This document shows positions 1 to 9,368 of a stretch of DNA of 64,000 nt, one piece after another. Below the pieces are notes generated by a model. That model was not told where the DNA came from, ran no database searches, and saw only the letters and a program-made list of their open reading frames with translations. The translations under genes were made by a program, and so were the position numbers. Positions within the stretch are counted from its first letter, which is position 1; every line of letters starts with the position of its first letter. Source of the stretch: an uncultured virus (IMG/VR IMGVR_UViG_3300011955_000032) (taxonomy: Duplodnaviria > Heunggongvirae > Uroviricota > Caudoviricetes); IMG/VR virus record IMGVR_UViG_3300011955_000032, positions 1-64,000 of that record; one strand, written 5' to 3'.

Positions 1-299
1 TCAGCGTTTCGAGTGGGCCTCGGCCAGCAGCTTCTTGATCCTGGCGTTCACGCTCTCGATCTCGCGTAGCTGCGTGGCCTCGCCGCGCTGCATGCCGCCG
101 AACTTGGTGCCACTTGTAGAAGGTCGCATCGCTGAAACCGCCCAGGCGACACAGTTCCTTGACAGGCATGCCGCCCTCGGCCTCCTTGAGAAAATCGATG
201 ATCTTTTCGTCGGTAAATCTGCTCTTTCCATGTCCGCTCTTCCTCTGAAAACGCACTGTACTAACCTGTCGACTGGTACGCCCTATGGGGAGCAGGTCA
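1..299 (-). mobile_element. IS3-family (IS407-group) insertion sequence remnant: left end plus frameshifted orfA
   Basis: The minus strand starts TGACCTGCTCCCC at 299, an IS407-like terminus. Reading across frames gives KSRFTDEKIIDFLKEAEGGMPVKELCRLGGFSDATFYKW / KFGGM...LREIESVNARIKKLLAEAH, a typical IS3 OrfA, but it is split by frameshifts. Confidence 0.85.
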
Positions 300-368
300 C
301 CGGCTCCAATTTCTTCTCAGCCAGAATGAGCCTAGCCTTGGGATGAAGTCTATGTTTTTGGCAGTCGA

Positions 369-1613
369 CTATTTCAGTTTTCTGTGGCTGGCCCTGAATT
401 TTCTAAAAGATTTTTCGCGAAGTATTTCAAGGGGTATATCATGTTTTACCAAATATGTAAGCACATATTCCTTTAGATACTTCTTTTTTTGTTCATTCTC
501 TCGTTGGAGCATGCCTATTGCGTCTTTTCTATATAGGTGCTTGTTTGCGTTGCAATTCCAGTAAATTCCAAGTCCCTGTGTTATATCCTTAGACCAGGAT
601 TTTCCGAGTTTTTGGGCAATACTAACGTCCTGCTGGTGCTTATGTCCGTTCAAGAGAAGGAGTACGTGGGCATGGTATCCTTTGGAGATCCCATATTCTA
701 TTTTTATAATATAGGCTAACCTGTTTTTGCCATAATCTTTGTTCATAAAACCTAAGAAAACGCTTAGGTGTGATAGAAATTCTTCTAAGTGTATTGATGA
801 ATCGTTTTGATGATTGTTTTTGCTGCTTCTAAGGCATGAGGAAATTCCCCTTGCGTATCCTAGGTCGATCCTAATGGCCAGTACCTTCGAGGAAACAGCG
901 AAGGCCTCTTTGACGAGATTGCAGGCGGTTGCAAAGTTGGAATTGCGAAGTCGATCGCGGGCAGAGTTCTGTTTATTGAGAAGTTCCTGAATTACGGTAA
1001 GCTCGTGCACGATATCGAAATACGGGAAATAGTCTTGCCAGTCTTGATGGTAGCCGGCGGTCTCGATGTCGGGCCAGATCCAATGATGATCACGATTGCC
1101 TCTCCAGAGATGGTATGTCGATAGGATTAAGAAAATCAGTTCTAAAAACTTTGCCAATGCTGGTGGGGGGTGGAGGCGTTGCTGAATGATTGCATTGTGC
1201 AAATCTCCGTTTTCGACGAACAACTGTTGGATGCGCATGGCCATATCTAGGGCATGACGTATCCAGTCCAAGGCTGATTGCGATGGTCTAGTAGTGACTG
1301 TTGTGTCCGGCTCGACAGCTTTAAGTAACTCAAGTGAGTTAACTGATGAACGCATGTACTGCTCCGCGTGTACCAATGCTTGTATCAGCTCTGAAGCCTG
1401 TGGGACGAGCGGAGTTTTGTTTATATGATTTTCTTGGTTGTTCTGGTTGATATTTGCTGAGGGTAAATCCAGAATGCACCGTTGCTCCATGAACTCTTGG
1501 ATAAACTCTTCATCATCCTTGAAGTAGTTTGAGATGTTTCGAAAGGTGGGAAAATGGATTTCCTTTTTTTTGCCGTAATTTTCATTGAAGAGCCGAATAA
1601 GACGTGCGCACAT
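369..1613 (-). CDS. Inovirus Gp2-like / YagK-YfjJ (DUF3296) HUH-type protein
   Basis: C-terminal motifs VLAIRIDLGY, YIIKIEYGISKGYHAHVLLLLNGH, GIYWNCN and LTYLVK; AT-rich; downstream of alpA. Confidence 0.75.
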   Translation of the reverse strand: MCARLIRLFNENYGKKKEIHFPTFRNISNYFKDDEEFIQEFMEQRCILDLPSANINQNNQENHINKTPLVPQASELIQALVHAEQYMRSSVNSLELLKAVEPDTTVTTRPSQSALDWIRHALDMAMRIQQLFVENGDLHNAIIQQRLHPPPALAKFLELIFLILSTYHLWRGNRDHHWIWPDIETAGYHQDWQDYFPYFDIVHELTVIQELLNKQNSARDRLRNSNFATACNLVKEAFAVSSKVLAIRIDLGYARGISSCLRSSKNNHQNDSSIHLEEFLSHLSVFLGFMNKDYGKNRLAYIIKIEYGISKGYHAHVLLLLNGHKHQQDVSIAQKLGKSWSKDITQGLGIYWNCNANKHLYRKDAIGMLQRENEQKKKYLKEYVLTYLVKHDIPLEILREKSFRKFRASHRKLK

Positions 1614-1683
1614 GATGTCGTAAAAATATTTAAATGATTGCGAGGAGTGTTGTGAACGTCTTTGTCAGATTTAAACGTTTTGA

Positions 1684-2892
1684 CTAGTGGGTTCCGAAGT
1701 CTTGCTGCGTGGATACAGTGTCAATGCAAGTATCAGCAATAATTTTTGTATGAAAGTAGTAAATGGAAGACTGGAAAATTTGCTGCTCAACATTGTCGAA
1801 CATGTTCTGGTCATGCGAGATGAAACGATATTCACCTTCGAAATTGCGCATTTGAGACTCTAGGCTTTTGCCATTGACGGATGCGATAGATTCCCAAGTT
1901 TTTTGAATTTCCATGGTGGCTGTTGGGCGGTTTCTATCAGTGCCTGGGATGAGTGCTACCAGTGGCAGCTGCCACTGTCCGTTCAGGTCCGAGTAGGGCG
2001 CCAAAAGAAACTTGGCGTCACGGAATTTTGGATTGCTACGCATCGCCTCTAAAAAATCCATGACGTTCTCCCGGACAGTGAGGTGAGATGGAGTGCCAAA
2101 ACCTTTGGCTATATTGAATGGGGAGCTGTAGATTAGGTCCGCTCTCAGTAAAAAACATTTATATTTTTTTGCGTGATCGGTCCATGTTTCTAGAAAATCT
2201 TTCGCGCACGAGATGTGTTTGTCATTCCAATTTTTTATAGATTTCTTGTTGGATGGTATAAAAGACCATTCGCTTATTCTTTGCGCAATGAGGTTGCGGC
2301 GACTTTGCTCCGGGCTCAATACTTGATCCTCTTCCCAGCTCTGGTGCTTAGGCAAGAGTTTGCGTGTATATATTTCGGTGCTTAGTTTAATTAACTCAAG
2401 AGTGGCGGGGTGTAATACATTGGCCCGTTTCAGTAGGTAGTCGCATGAGTGGTTTTTGCTTATGAATATATGCAGGGCATCGAAGTGAAATTCGAAGTCG
2501 GTGCGAGGTGTGTAAAGGTTTGCATGGCTAGAGCTGGTTCGATTTTGCTCGCGCCGGACGCGGTATGGCATTGTCTTGCGTTTGCAAAGATGGATTGCCA
2601 AATGAGTGATTGCAACCAGCTGGACTGCAAGGTCGGGATAGATTCCGTCAGGAATTGAGGCCGAAACTTCGAATTCTGTCGCCCGGTGCTTTGTGAAAAT
2701 TGGCTTCTGACGTCCATAAAATTCTATTTCATTATGGGAATATTTATTTTGTTGAGTGCTATATTTTTCTTCGAAGGCCCGCATGGCTGCATCAATGATG
2801 TATTTTGTCATTGTGATTTTTATTAGATCGAGCGTATATCCACCTATGTCTCTTTGCCGATATAAGTGGGTCGTTAATCGTTGATCGGTCAA
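1684..2892 (-). CDS. Divergent Gp2/YagK-like paralogue lacking an intact HUH motif
   Basis: CFLLRADLIY matches the RxDL motif of the neighbouring gene, but the HUH position reads WQLPLVALI; 402-aa AT-rich ORF. Confidence 0.45.
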   Translation of the reverse strand: MTDQRLTTHLYRQRDIGGYTLDLIKITMTKYIIDAAMRAFEEKYSTQQNKYSHNEIEFYGRQKPIFTKHRATEFEVSASIPDGIYPDLAVQLVAITHLAIHLCKRKTMPYRVRREQNRTSSSHANLYTPRTDFEFHFDALHIFISKNHSCDYLLKRANVLHPATLELIKLSTEIYTRKLLPKHQSWEEDQVLSPEQSRRNLIAQRISEWSFIPSNKKSIKNWNDKHISCAKDFLETWTDHAKKYKCFLLRADLIYSSPFNIAKGFGTPSHLTVRENVMDFLEAMRSNPKFRDAKFLLAPYSDLNGQWQLPLVALIPGTDRNRPTATMEIQKTWESIASVNGKSLESQMRNFEGEYRFISHDQNMFDNVEQQIFQSSIYYFHTKIIADTCIDTVSTQQDFGTH

Positions 2893-2914
2893 TCATTGAG
2901 ATTGCCGATGGTTT

Positions 2915-3160
2915 CTAGCGCGAGGTCTGTTTGGTGGGTGTACGCTGACGAGCGTCGAGCCAAGTCAAAATTTCGTCGAGATGCCAGCCAATTGCACTGC
3001 GTGGCGTATTTCCAAGACGTACAGGGCGAGGAAAATCCGAGATATGACGGGGCGAACGAGGGTTCAGAATGTCGTAGACGCTGGAACGGCTAAGGCCGAT
3101 GAGGCCGATAAGTTCAGGAAGGCGGATGATGCGGTGCGTGGCGGCCATATTTTGGTCCAA
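2915..3160 (-). CDS. alpA: AlpA-family regulator / recombination directionality factor
   Basis: RIIRLPELIGLIGLSRSSVYD...FPRPVRLG...IGW..DEILTWL. Confidence 0.92.
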   Translation of the reverse strand: MDQNMAATHRIIRLPELIGLIGLSRSSVYDILNPRSPRHISDFPRPVRLGNTPRSAIGWHLDEILTWLDARQRTPTKQTSR

Positions 3161-3627
3161 GGCAAGATGAATCTCCCCGCCTTAGCTCGCGCTAGCAGCG
3201 GGATCTCTTGCAAGGACCGGCACAACCCTAGATAAAACCGCAGTCTCCTGACTTAGCTTCCGTAAGAGGCCAAGCGAGGGTGTATGCGTGCGCCGAATAG
3301 GATGAAGCACCTTGAAAGGTGCAGAATTCATCCTCGCGGCCAGTACCGTAGCACAAGTTGGGTAGCGTGTGAAGTGAGTTTGACTAGGCACTTGTGAGGC
3401 GAAAGACTTTGTCGAAGTCGTAACACTGTGACTGACACACCAGGTCATGGCCTTTGCCCAAGTGTCGCACTCCTGCCAAACTTGGTGGAGCTTGCTACGG
3501 AGCCTCTCATCCTCGGTGCCGGTCAAGCCTTTTTTGCCCGCCAAAGAGCTGGCCACTGGAGTCGCCGCGCAACCGGGTCAACCCCGGTGGAGAGTGAGAG
3601 GCTGTGACAGTGCTCTTACCGCGATGG

Positions 3628-4854
3628 TTAGGACTCTCTCTGCTGCCGGAGTTGGTCAAGATAACCTGCCCATGTCTCCATGAGTGAGCGCCTTTGCTCC
3701 ATGTACTCTGCACGGTCGTACGCTGCACCAAGGGGCCCTGCCTTTCCATGAGCTAGTTGCGCCTCCACTACGTCGGATGCTATCCCTGGAAGACGCTCTG
3801 CAAGCAGGGTGCGGGCCATTGCTCTGAATCCATGAGCTGTCATCTCGTCCCCGCTGTAGCCGAGGCGGCGAAGTGCGGTATTGACGGTGTTTTCGCTCAT
3901 CGGCCGCTCACCGCTGAGTAAGCTGGGGAAGACATACTTCCCATGGCCTGTAAGTGGACGAATCTCCTCCAGGATTTCGAGGGCTTGGCCAGCTAGGGGT
4001 ACCAGGTGAGGCCGTCCGTTGAGCTTCTGGGATCTGGTCCTCTTCATGCTCATTGACGGGATAGTAAGCATCGCTTGCTCAGCATCAATCCACGCCCATT
4101 CCATGGAGCGGATGTTGCCTGGGCGTTGAAATAGAAGAGCTGACAGCTGCAGAGCTGCCTTGGTAGTGGGCTGCCCCCTGTACTCGTCTATTGAACGTAG
4201 AAGCTCTCCAGCTTTGCTTGGCTCGAGGACTGCTGCCATGTGCTTAACCACGATTGGCTCAAGAGCACCTTGCAGGTCGGAGACCGGGTTGCGCTCACAT
4301 CGTCCCGTCTGGATGCCGTAGCGAAACACCTGCCCTGCTGTCTGGCGAAGCGTGTGGGCAGTTTCGCGTGCGCCTCGTTTTTCGACCTTTCGGAGCACGC
4401 TTAGGAGCAGGGGAGGGGTAATCTCAGGAAGCAACATGCGGCCCACATGCGGGAACAGATCCTTGGACATGTTGCGCAGCCACTTCTCCGCGTAGGTGTC
4501 GCTCCATGCGCCGCACTTGATGCCATGGAATTCACGCGCGACAGCCTCAAAAGTGCTTTCCTGGGCATGGGCGAGGGCGAGCTTCTGGACTTGCTTTGCA
4601 AGGCTGGGGTCGATGCTGGATGCGAGCTGTTCTCTGGCTTCATCGCGGCGACGGCGGGCTTGGGCGAGTCCCACAGCGGGATACACCCCTAGTGCAAGCG
4701 TCTTCTGCTTGCCTGCAAAGCGGTACGCCATGCGCCAGTACTTGCCAGATTCCTTTACGTGCAAGTACAAGCCATGTCCGTCAGAGTGCTTCGCTCCAGC
4801 GCTCTTGCTGGGGTCGTGCCTGAGGGCTTTGATGAAGGTGTCTGTCAGCGGCAT
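3628..4854 (-). CDS. P4-like tyrosine integrase with arm-binding domain
   Basis: MPLTDT..., DGHGLYL, WRMAYRFAGKQKTLALGVYP, catalytic R..., HGFR, QLAH, AAYDR; start taken at ATG 4854. Confidence 0.95.
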   Translation of the reverse strand: MPLTDTFIKALRHDPSKSAGAKHSDGHGLYLHVKESGKYWRMAYRFAGKQKTLALGVYPAVGLAQARRRRDEAREQLASSIDPSLAKQVQKLALAHAQESTFEAVAREFHGIKCGAWSDTYAEKWLRNMSKDLFPHVGRMLLPEITPPLLLSVLRKVEKRGARETAHTLRQTAGQVFRYGIQTGRCERNPVSDLQGALEPIVVKHMAAVLEPSKAGELLRSIDEYRGQPTTKAALQLSALLFQRPGNIRSMEWAWIDAEQAMLTIPSMSMKRTRSQKLNGRPHLVPLAGQALEILEEIRPLTGHGKYVFPSLLSGERPMSENTVNTALRRLGYSGDEMTAHGFRAMARTLLAERLPGIASDVVEAQLAHGKAGPLGAAYDRAEYMEQRRSLMETWAGYLDQLRQQRES

Positions 4855-4862
4855 TCTGGTCG

Positions 4863-4913
4863 TGTTGGTATCTTGTGTGCCAGGTGCACGGGATACCAAC
4901 AACCATACCAACA
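4863..4913. repeat. Probable integrase arm-type sites of the left element
   Basis: TGTTGGTATC 4863-4872 is inverted to GATACCAACA 4892-4901, with a direct copy ATACCAACA at 4905-4913, between the integrase and the att core. Confidence 0.6.
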
Positions 4914-5025
4914 AAAATCCTGGATGTCACCGGATACCGTTGGACGACTTCGTACGCCAGATGCCCTTGAAGCCCAAGATCAGCGCGGATTCTTGGACTT
5001 CTTTGAACTTCGTGGGATGCCAGGA

Positions 5026-5050
5026 TGGCCTGCCCGGAGGGACTCGAACC
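5026..5050 (-). repeat. att core: 3' end of a tRNA (probably tRNA-Arg), not an intact tRNA
   Basis: Minus strand GGTTCGAGTCCCTCCGGGCAGGCCA = T-loop, T-stem 3' half, acceptor 3' half and CCA. The upstream sequence does not complete a cloverleaf. It lies between two integrases. Confidence 0.85.
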
Positions 5051-5128
5051 GCCGACATGGCATAACCAAGCACAACGCAGCATAGATTCCCCTTTGAAAG
5101 CTTGTGCTGCAGATGGCTGGGTTTGGCT

Positions 5129-5151
5129 AATTCTTCCCAGAATTCTTCCCA
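5129..5151. repeat. Probable arm-type sites of the prophage integrase
   Basis: AATTCTTCCCA tandem direct repeat at 5129-5139 and 5141-5151, between the att core and the int stop. Confidence 0.55.
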
Positions 5152-5154
5152 AAA

Positions 5155-6318
5155 TTACCCATTGGCTGCATGCGGTGAACGGGGGGAAAGCAGGTCTTCC
5201 AACTTGCCCATTTCCAGGGCGTTATGGCCGCCGTCGATCCACTTCGCATAGGTGCGCAGGAACATCTCGATGGTGTGCCCCATCTGCTTGGCAGCATAGG
5301 CCGGCGTGACCCCGGCCATCAGCAGCATCGTCGCATAGGTGTGCCGGGTCTGGTACGGGCTTCTGTACCGGATGCCCAGGCGCTTGAGCATCGGCCGCCA
5401 GTAGAGCTCCCTCGGCGGCTCATCGTCCGTCCAGCGCTCACCGGTGCGCGGGTCGGGGAAGATCCAGCCGTGGTCCTGCATGAACGTGTGCGGCTTTTGG
5501 GCCTTCAAGCACGCCATGGCCCGCGAGTTCAGCTGCACGATGCGCGAGGCATTCGTCTTGGTGCTGGTCTTGAAGACCCCAAGCACCACAGCGTCTGCCA
5601 CCAGCAGCTGCTTGCGACGCCAGTCCACATTTTCCCAGCGCATTGCCAGGCTTTCGGAGGTCCTCAGCCCGGTGAAGAACTTGGCCGCGAAGTACGATTC
5701 GATCTGTGGGCCGTAATGCTTTGCCATGCTGTCCAGGATTAGATCGACCTCCTCGATGGAGAAGGGGTCGGGCTGGGGGGCTTGATGCTCCGCCGGCTCC
5801 AGCCCGTTGATGGGGTTGGCGGCCAGGTCGCCGTCGCGCACGGCCAGCTGCAGCGCCAGGCGCAGCACGCTGGACTTGTTGTTGCGGGTCTTGCCGCTCC
5901 ACGTGGGCTCCGAGGCCAGAGCCAGCAGGATATCGCTGTGCTTCAGCGTCTTCAGCGGCAGGTCCGGCACCAGCTTCTCCTTCCACCAATCCACTGCCAC
6001 CCGGTAGCCCTTGAGGGTGCTGTTGGCCTTGTGCGCCTGCGTCATGAGCCACTTGTCCAGATGCTCACCCCGGGTGATGCTCTGACCAGATGTGGCCCGT
6101 TGGCTGTCAGGGAAGTAGTCGGCATGCACATAGGTGCCGAAGCGGATCTTCTGCTTTATCTCGCTGGCCAACCGGTGCGCATACTTGATGTTGGCCGGGG
6201 TTGGCGCGAGCGCCTTGCCATCCGTCTTGAGCATCTCCTTTACAGGCGCCCCATCCAGAACGAAGTTCAGGCGGATGGAGCTGGCCCTTACCTCTACGCC
6301 GCTCCCTGTGCGACCCAT
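5155..6318 (-). CDS. int: Prophage tyrosine integrase (DUF3596/Arm-DNA-bind type)
   Basis: FFTGLRTSE, KT, YRSPYQTRHTYAT, QMGH, TYAKW. Confidence 0.95.
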   Translation of the reverse strand: MGRTGSGVEVRASSIRLNFVLDGAPVKEMLKTDGKALAPTPANIKYAHRLASEIKQKIRFGTYVHADYFPDSQRATSGQSITRGEHLDKWLMTQAHKANSTLKGYRVAVDWWKEKLVPDLPLKTLKHSDILLALASEPTWSGKTRNNKSSVLRLALQLAVRDGDLAANPINGLEPAEHQAPQPDPFSIEEVDLILDSMAKHYGPQIESYFAAKFFTGLRTSESLAMRWENVDWRRKQLLVADAVVLGVFKTSTKTNASRIVQLNSRAMACLKAQKPHTFMQDHGWIFPDPRTGERWTDDEPPRELYWRPMLKRLGIRYRSPYQTRHTYATMLLMAGVTPAYAAKQMGHTIEMFLRTYAKWIDGGHNALEMGKLEDLLSPRSPHAANG

Positions 6319-6521
6319 AGTTCATATCCTTTCATATCCACCAGGACGCTGCCGTCCCGCTTTATCCACTGCCGACCTTCAATCCACTTCCCGCGCGCGA
6401 TCTTCGTTCGGATTGCGCTGCATGTGAATCCCGTCATCGCGGCAGCCAGTTCGATGGTCACGAAGCGCGCGCTCACGACCTGGACCGTGGGCGCCGCAGC
6501 TGTTTGCGGCTGTGCATTCAT
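6294..6521 (-). CDS. xis: Excisionase
   Basis: FVTIELAAAMTGFTCSAIRTKIARGKWIEGRQWIKRDGSVLVDMKGYELWV; overlaps the int start. Confidence 0.85.
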   Translation of the reverse strand: MNAQPQTAAAPTVQVVSARFVTIELAAAMTGFTCSAIRTKIARGKWIEGRQWIKRDGSVLVDMKGYELWVAQGAA

Positions 6522-6536
6522 TTGCGTGGGCTCCAA

Positions 6537-6561
6537 TAAAAAAGCCCCGACTAGCGGGGCT
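6537..6561 (-). terminator. Intrinsic terminator upstream of xis
   Basis: Minus strand AGCCCCGCTAGTCGGGGCT followed by TTTTT. Confidence 0.75.
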
Positions 6562-6727
6562 GGGGTTGTTGCTGTGTGGGCTCGGCTATTCGCTCTGCCT
6601 TGCGCTGGTGGAAGTTCTTGGCAGGTCTTCCATTGCCGAGATCTGGCCAGTTGATGGACTGGACTTCCTGGCCCCATAGCTTGGGCCAGTCGCGCTTGTC
6701 GCCGCGCTCGCGGGCTCGCTTGCTCAT
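6551..6727 (-). CDS. 58-aa hypothetical protein (not in the ORF track)
   Basis: MSKRARERGDKRDWPKLWGQEVQSINWPDL...; ATGA overlap with the upstream gene stop. Confidence 0.5.
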   Translation of the reverse strand: MSKRARERGDKRDWPKLWGQEVQSINWPDLGNGRPAKNFHQRKAERIAEPTQQQPQPR

Positions 6728-6939
6728 GGCTTGTGCCTCTTTGATCGAATGAAGTTGGCCAACGTGAGGTTGCCGGTGTAGTCGTAGCCATGCAGCAAGA
6801 AGGCATTCGCATCATTTGCCGCCTCTGCCAGTGCGCAGTTCCAGGCCCACTCGATCTTCTCCTGCTCGCTAAGCTCGGCCCACTGGTTCATTGCGTCAGC
6901 CTGGGCGTTCCAGGCTGCGATGATCTCGGCGTAGGTCAT
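6724..6939 (-). CDS. Hypothetical phage protein
   Basis: ATG at 6939 is coupled to the upstream stop and has a GGAGG RBS. Confidence 0.65.
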   Translation of the reverse strand: MTYAEIIAAWNAQADAMNQWAELSEQEKIEWAWNCALAEAANDANAFLLHGYDYTGNLTLANFIRSKRHKP

Positions 6940-7223
6940 GCGTCCTCCGGTGGTGGCGGTAGTGGTATCCAGTGGGTGAAGTTCTCTTCTCCCCACGACG
7001 CGCCGGATTCGACGGCCTCGTTTGCGTGCGCGATTCCGTGTGGTGTGAATGGGTCGAAGGGGTCATCGGGCCACGTCCATTCGGCATCCCCGAACTCGTC
7101 CTCGTACCATCGCGCGATGACCAGCGGATCTGCCGTCCAGCCCTCTCCCTCCTTGGCTGGCGCGCGCCAGAGCATGATCCATGTTCCATCCTTGGGCGCT
7201 GTCTCAATCGGTTGCCATGTCAT
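6936..7223 (-). CDS. DUF551-like phage protein
   Basis: MTWQPIETAPKDGT...THWIPLPPPP. Confidence 0.85.
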   Translation of the reverse strand: MTWQPIETAPKDGTWIMLWRAPAKEGEGWTADPLVIARWYEDEFGDAEWTWPDDPFDPFTPHGIAHANEAVESGASWGEENFTHWIPLPPPPEDA

Positions 7224-7603
7224 GACGATCCTCCGGTGATGCCGTGGGCACGCTCAGCGTCCCGGAAGGCCTTGGTGTACTCTTCGTGGCCGATGTCAAA
7301 CCCGCGATTTGCCTCGCCATGCAGATCGTCGATCTGCTCATCGCTCAGCGGCAGCGGCTTGCGCGCCTCCAGCTCTGCCTCTTCAGCACGCTTGAGGATG
7401 CTGTTCTCGGAAGCGAGGTCCAGGGCGTCCATCTCCAGCTTGTGGACCTGGCCGCGCAGGCGCTCGTTCTCGGCCTGCAGGCGTAGCAGCTCGCTGGCGG
7501 CAGCGTCCGGCAGGGGCTGTCCGTCGAATTGCAGGCCGCCGTCATCCAGGTATTCCAGCAGGTCCGCAATGGCGAGTGCTGGAGGTGTTGGTGCTGGGGT
7601 CAC
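7220..7603 (-). CDS. Hypothetical phage protein (Ead-like coiled coil)
   Basis: AAASELLRLQAENERL; KPLPLSDEQI; FRDAERAHGI; coupled overlaps on both sides. Confidence 0.7.
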   Translation of the reverse strand: MTPAPTPPALAIADLLEYLDDGGLQFDGQPLPDAAASELLRLQAENERLRGQVHKLEMDALDLASENSILKRAEEAELEARKPLPLSDEQIDDLHGEANRGFDIGHEEYTKAFRDAERAHGITGGSS

Positions 7604-7824
7604 GATGCCTCCTTTGGTGCGGTGTCCACGTTTGCGCGGCAGAACGGGCAGCAGGGCAGGGCCATGCTTTTCTTTCCCTTGCGCAACGCGAGACGTTCGC
7701 GGGTTTTGTGGGTCTCATGGTTGCGCAGGGTCTGGTGGTCGATGAATCCCTGGCTCCACGCGAACTCAGCTTCCTTGCACAGCAGCAACTCGCCGCCGCG
7801 CAGCTTTTTGCATTTGTCTGTCAC
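7600..7824 (-). CDS. Small Cys-containing phage protein
   Basis: CCPFC motif; 4-nt overlaps on both sides. Confidence 0.6.
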   Translation of the reverse strand: MTDKCKKLRGGELLLCKEAEFAWSQGFIDHQTLRNHETHKTRERLALRKGKKSMALPCCPFCRANVDTAPKEAS

Positions 7825-8054
7825 GGGGTCTGTCCTTTCTCGGCGTCCTGCTTCCGGCGCAGTTCGCGCAGGCCCTCTGCCGCATAGGCCAATGCGCGGG
7901 CGCTGCGCAGGGCGTTGCTGATGAGGGCCTCTGCTTCGCGCTTGAGGTCGCGGACGATATGGCGCTCGGGATGCTCGATGGTCACGCCTTCGTTAATTGC
8001 GGCCACTGCTGCCAGCGTTTCTACGGCCAGGTCAGCCAGGCTTTGCTGTGTCAT
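7821..8054 (-). CDS. Hypothetical phage protein
   Basis: Translational coupling within the early operon. Confidence 0.6.
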   Translation of the reverse strand: MTQQSLADLAVETLAAVAAINEGVTIEHPERHIVRDLKREAEALISNALRSARALAYAAEGLRELRRKQDAEKGQTP

Positions 8055-8299
8055 GCAGGTCCTTTCTGCTGCGCCTGGGCGCGCTTCAGGCGCCACTTGA
8101 TCTGACGGGCATAGATGTTGTCGGGGGCATGCTCCACCGCGCCATCTCGCATCATCTTTTCCAGCTCACGGCGCACGGGAGCGGCGTTGCCTCGGAAGCC
8201 GACGCAGTTTGCGATGTGGTATGTCATGGCCCCATCGGAATGAATGTTCAGCATCTTGAGGATCTCTTCGCGCGAAACGCGCTTTGCTGTTTTGGCCAT
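8051..8299 (-). CDS. Small winged-helix-like protein
   Basis: EEILKML...AMTYHIA...VRRELEKMMRDGAVE; GGAG RBS. Confidence 0.6.
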   Translation of the reverse strand: MAKTAKRVSREEILKMLNIHSDGAMTYHIANCVGFRGNAAPVRRELEKMMRDGAVEHAPDNIYARQIKWRLKRAQAQQKGPA

Positions 8300-8302
8300 G
8301 TG

Positions 8303-8476
8303 TCAGCTCTCCTTGTGCCCAGTGGGGCGCTGTGGCTTGGGTTCATGCTCCTCGCTTTCTGGACAGTATTCGGAGGTGCCAGACCGCCATCCGCAGATGT
8401 GGCAGTCATCGCCGCCAAGCGAGCCGAGATATGCCCCGCATTCATGGTTTTGGCAGTAGAGGTATCGCCCGCTCAT
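8303..8476 (-). CDS. Small Zn-ribbon protein
   Basis: CQNHECG...CHICGW. Confidence 0.55.
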   Translation of the reverse strand: MSGRYLYCQNHECGAYLGSLGGDDCHICGWRSGTSEYCPESEEHEPKPQRPTGHKES

Positions 8477-8904
8477 GATTCGCTCGCCCCCTTGGCTGCT
8501 GCCTGGGCTGCGATGGCCGCGTCGATGGCGTTGGTGAAGTGGTCTTCCACTGGGCCCTCTATGAGGTTGGCGCCTGGGATCGCCTTCAGGTGCGTGACGC
8601 TGAATCCGTGGCCGGTCGCGGGCGAGTAGTGCCCTCCCACGAAACGCAGAACCGCACGCCAACGCGCGGCGTCGTTTACCGCTTCGGCATCCGCCTCGAC
8701 ATGGGTGATTTCTCGATTCAAGCGGCGCGCAATCTGGTCGCCCGAGGCGCGCTGCACGGTCGCTGAGCATTCATTGCAGCCGAGAAAGAACAGCACACCC
8801 ATATCGTGGGAGCGCAGCCAGCCTTGCTGTACATCGCTGTTGTTGACGATGGAGCAGTGCCATTGCAGATCGACGCTGCCGCATTCTTGGCATTGGGTCT
8901 TCAT
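8473..8904 (-). CDS. Hypothetical protein with N-terminal Zn ribbon
   Basis: CQECGS...CNECS; DAARWR; ends AIDAAIAAQ. Confidence 0.7.
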   Translation of the reverse strand: MKTQCQECGSVDLQWHCSIVNNSDVQQGWLRSHDMGVLFFLGCNECSATVQRASGDQIARRLNREITHVEADAEAVNDAARWRAVLRFVGGHYSPATGHGFSVTHLKAIPGANLIEGPVEDHFTNAIDAAIAAQAAAKGASES

Positions 8905-9368
8905 GCCGAGCCTCCAATCCTGGAAATGCCAGCGTGGTGCATGTCGCCCCGATGTGCCGGATGCGTCTTGCAGCGCGCGCAGTTGTAGGGGTCAGTGCAG
9001 ACGTCCAGTGGAGCCGCATCCGCAACAGGTGCACCGCCTTCCTTGGCCTGGGCTGCGTCGTGGGCCTTGCGGGCTTCGAGCGATACAAGGGCCTCGGCGA
9101 TGGCTTTGCGGGGCGTCGCGCCGCTGCCGCATGCCAGGGTGGACTCGTCTTCGCCGAAGATCTGCGCATCCCAGGGGCCTTCAAACTCGGGGATGACTGC
9201 GATGCGCTCGCGCTCCATGGCATCCAGCAGAGCCGTGTCGCTCGCATCCACTGCAGGCGCAGCAGGTGCTGCCGACTTCATGACGCGCTCACGTAGCTCA
9301 TGGTCCTCGGGGCCGCAGAGATCCAGCAACTCATTCAGCCATTTGACGGGTATCGTGACGTGGCTCAT
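8901..9368 (-). CDS. Modular hypothetical phage protein
   Basis: DTALLDAM...ATPRKAIAEAL module with an AAPAAP linker; coupled overlaps. Confidence 0.65.
   Translation of the reverse strand: MSHVTIPVKWLNELLDLCGPEDHELRERVMKSAAPAAPAVDASDTALLDAMERERIAVIPEFEGPWDAQIFGEDESTLACGSGATPRKAIAEALVSLEARKAHDAAQAKEGGAPVADAAPLDVCTDPYNCARCKTHPAHRGDMHHAGISRIGGSA

Larger units (their letters stand above)
300..5050 (-). mobile_element. tRNA-targeting integrative element / satellite-like island (int-alpA-Gp2-like x2); its other end is not visible
   Basis: P4-type integrase immediately downstream of a tRNA 3' end, followed by alpA and AT-rich cargo. Confidence 0.75.

Noticed and set aside
3182..3556. 124-aa ORF between the integrase and alpA
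   Set aside because: No recognisable motif or clear RBS; it may be non-coding or decayed sequence.
5026..5100. Intact tRNA gene
   Set aside because: Only the T-loop-to-CCA portion is present. The 5' T-stem, anticodon arm and acceptor 5' strand (CTGCCCG) are missing, so it is treated as an att fragment.
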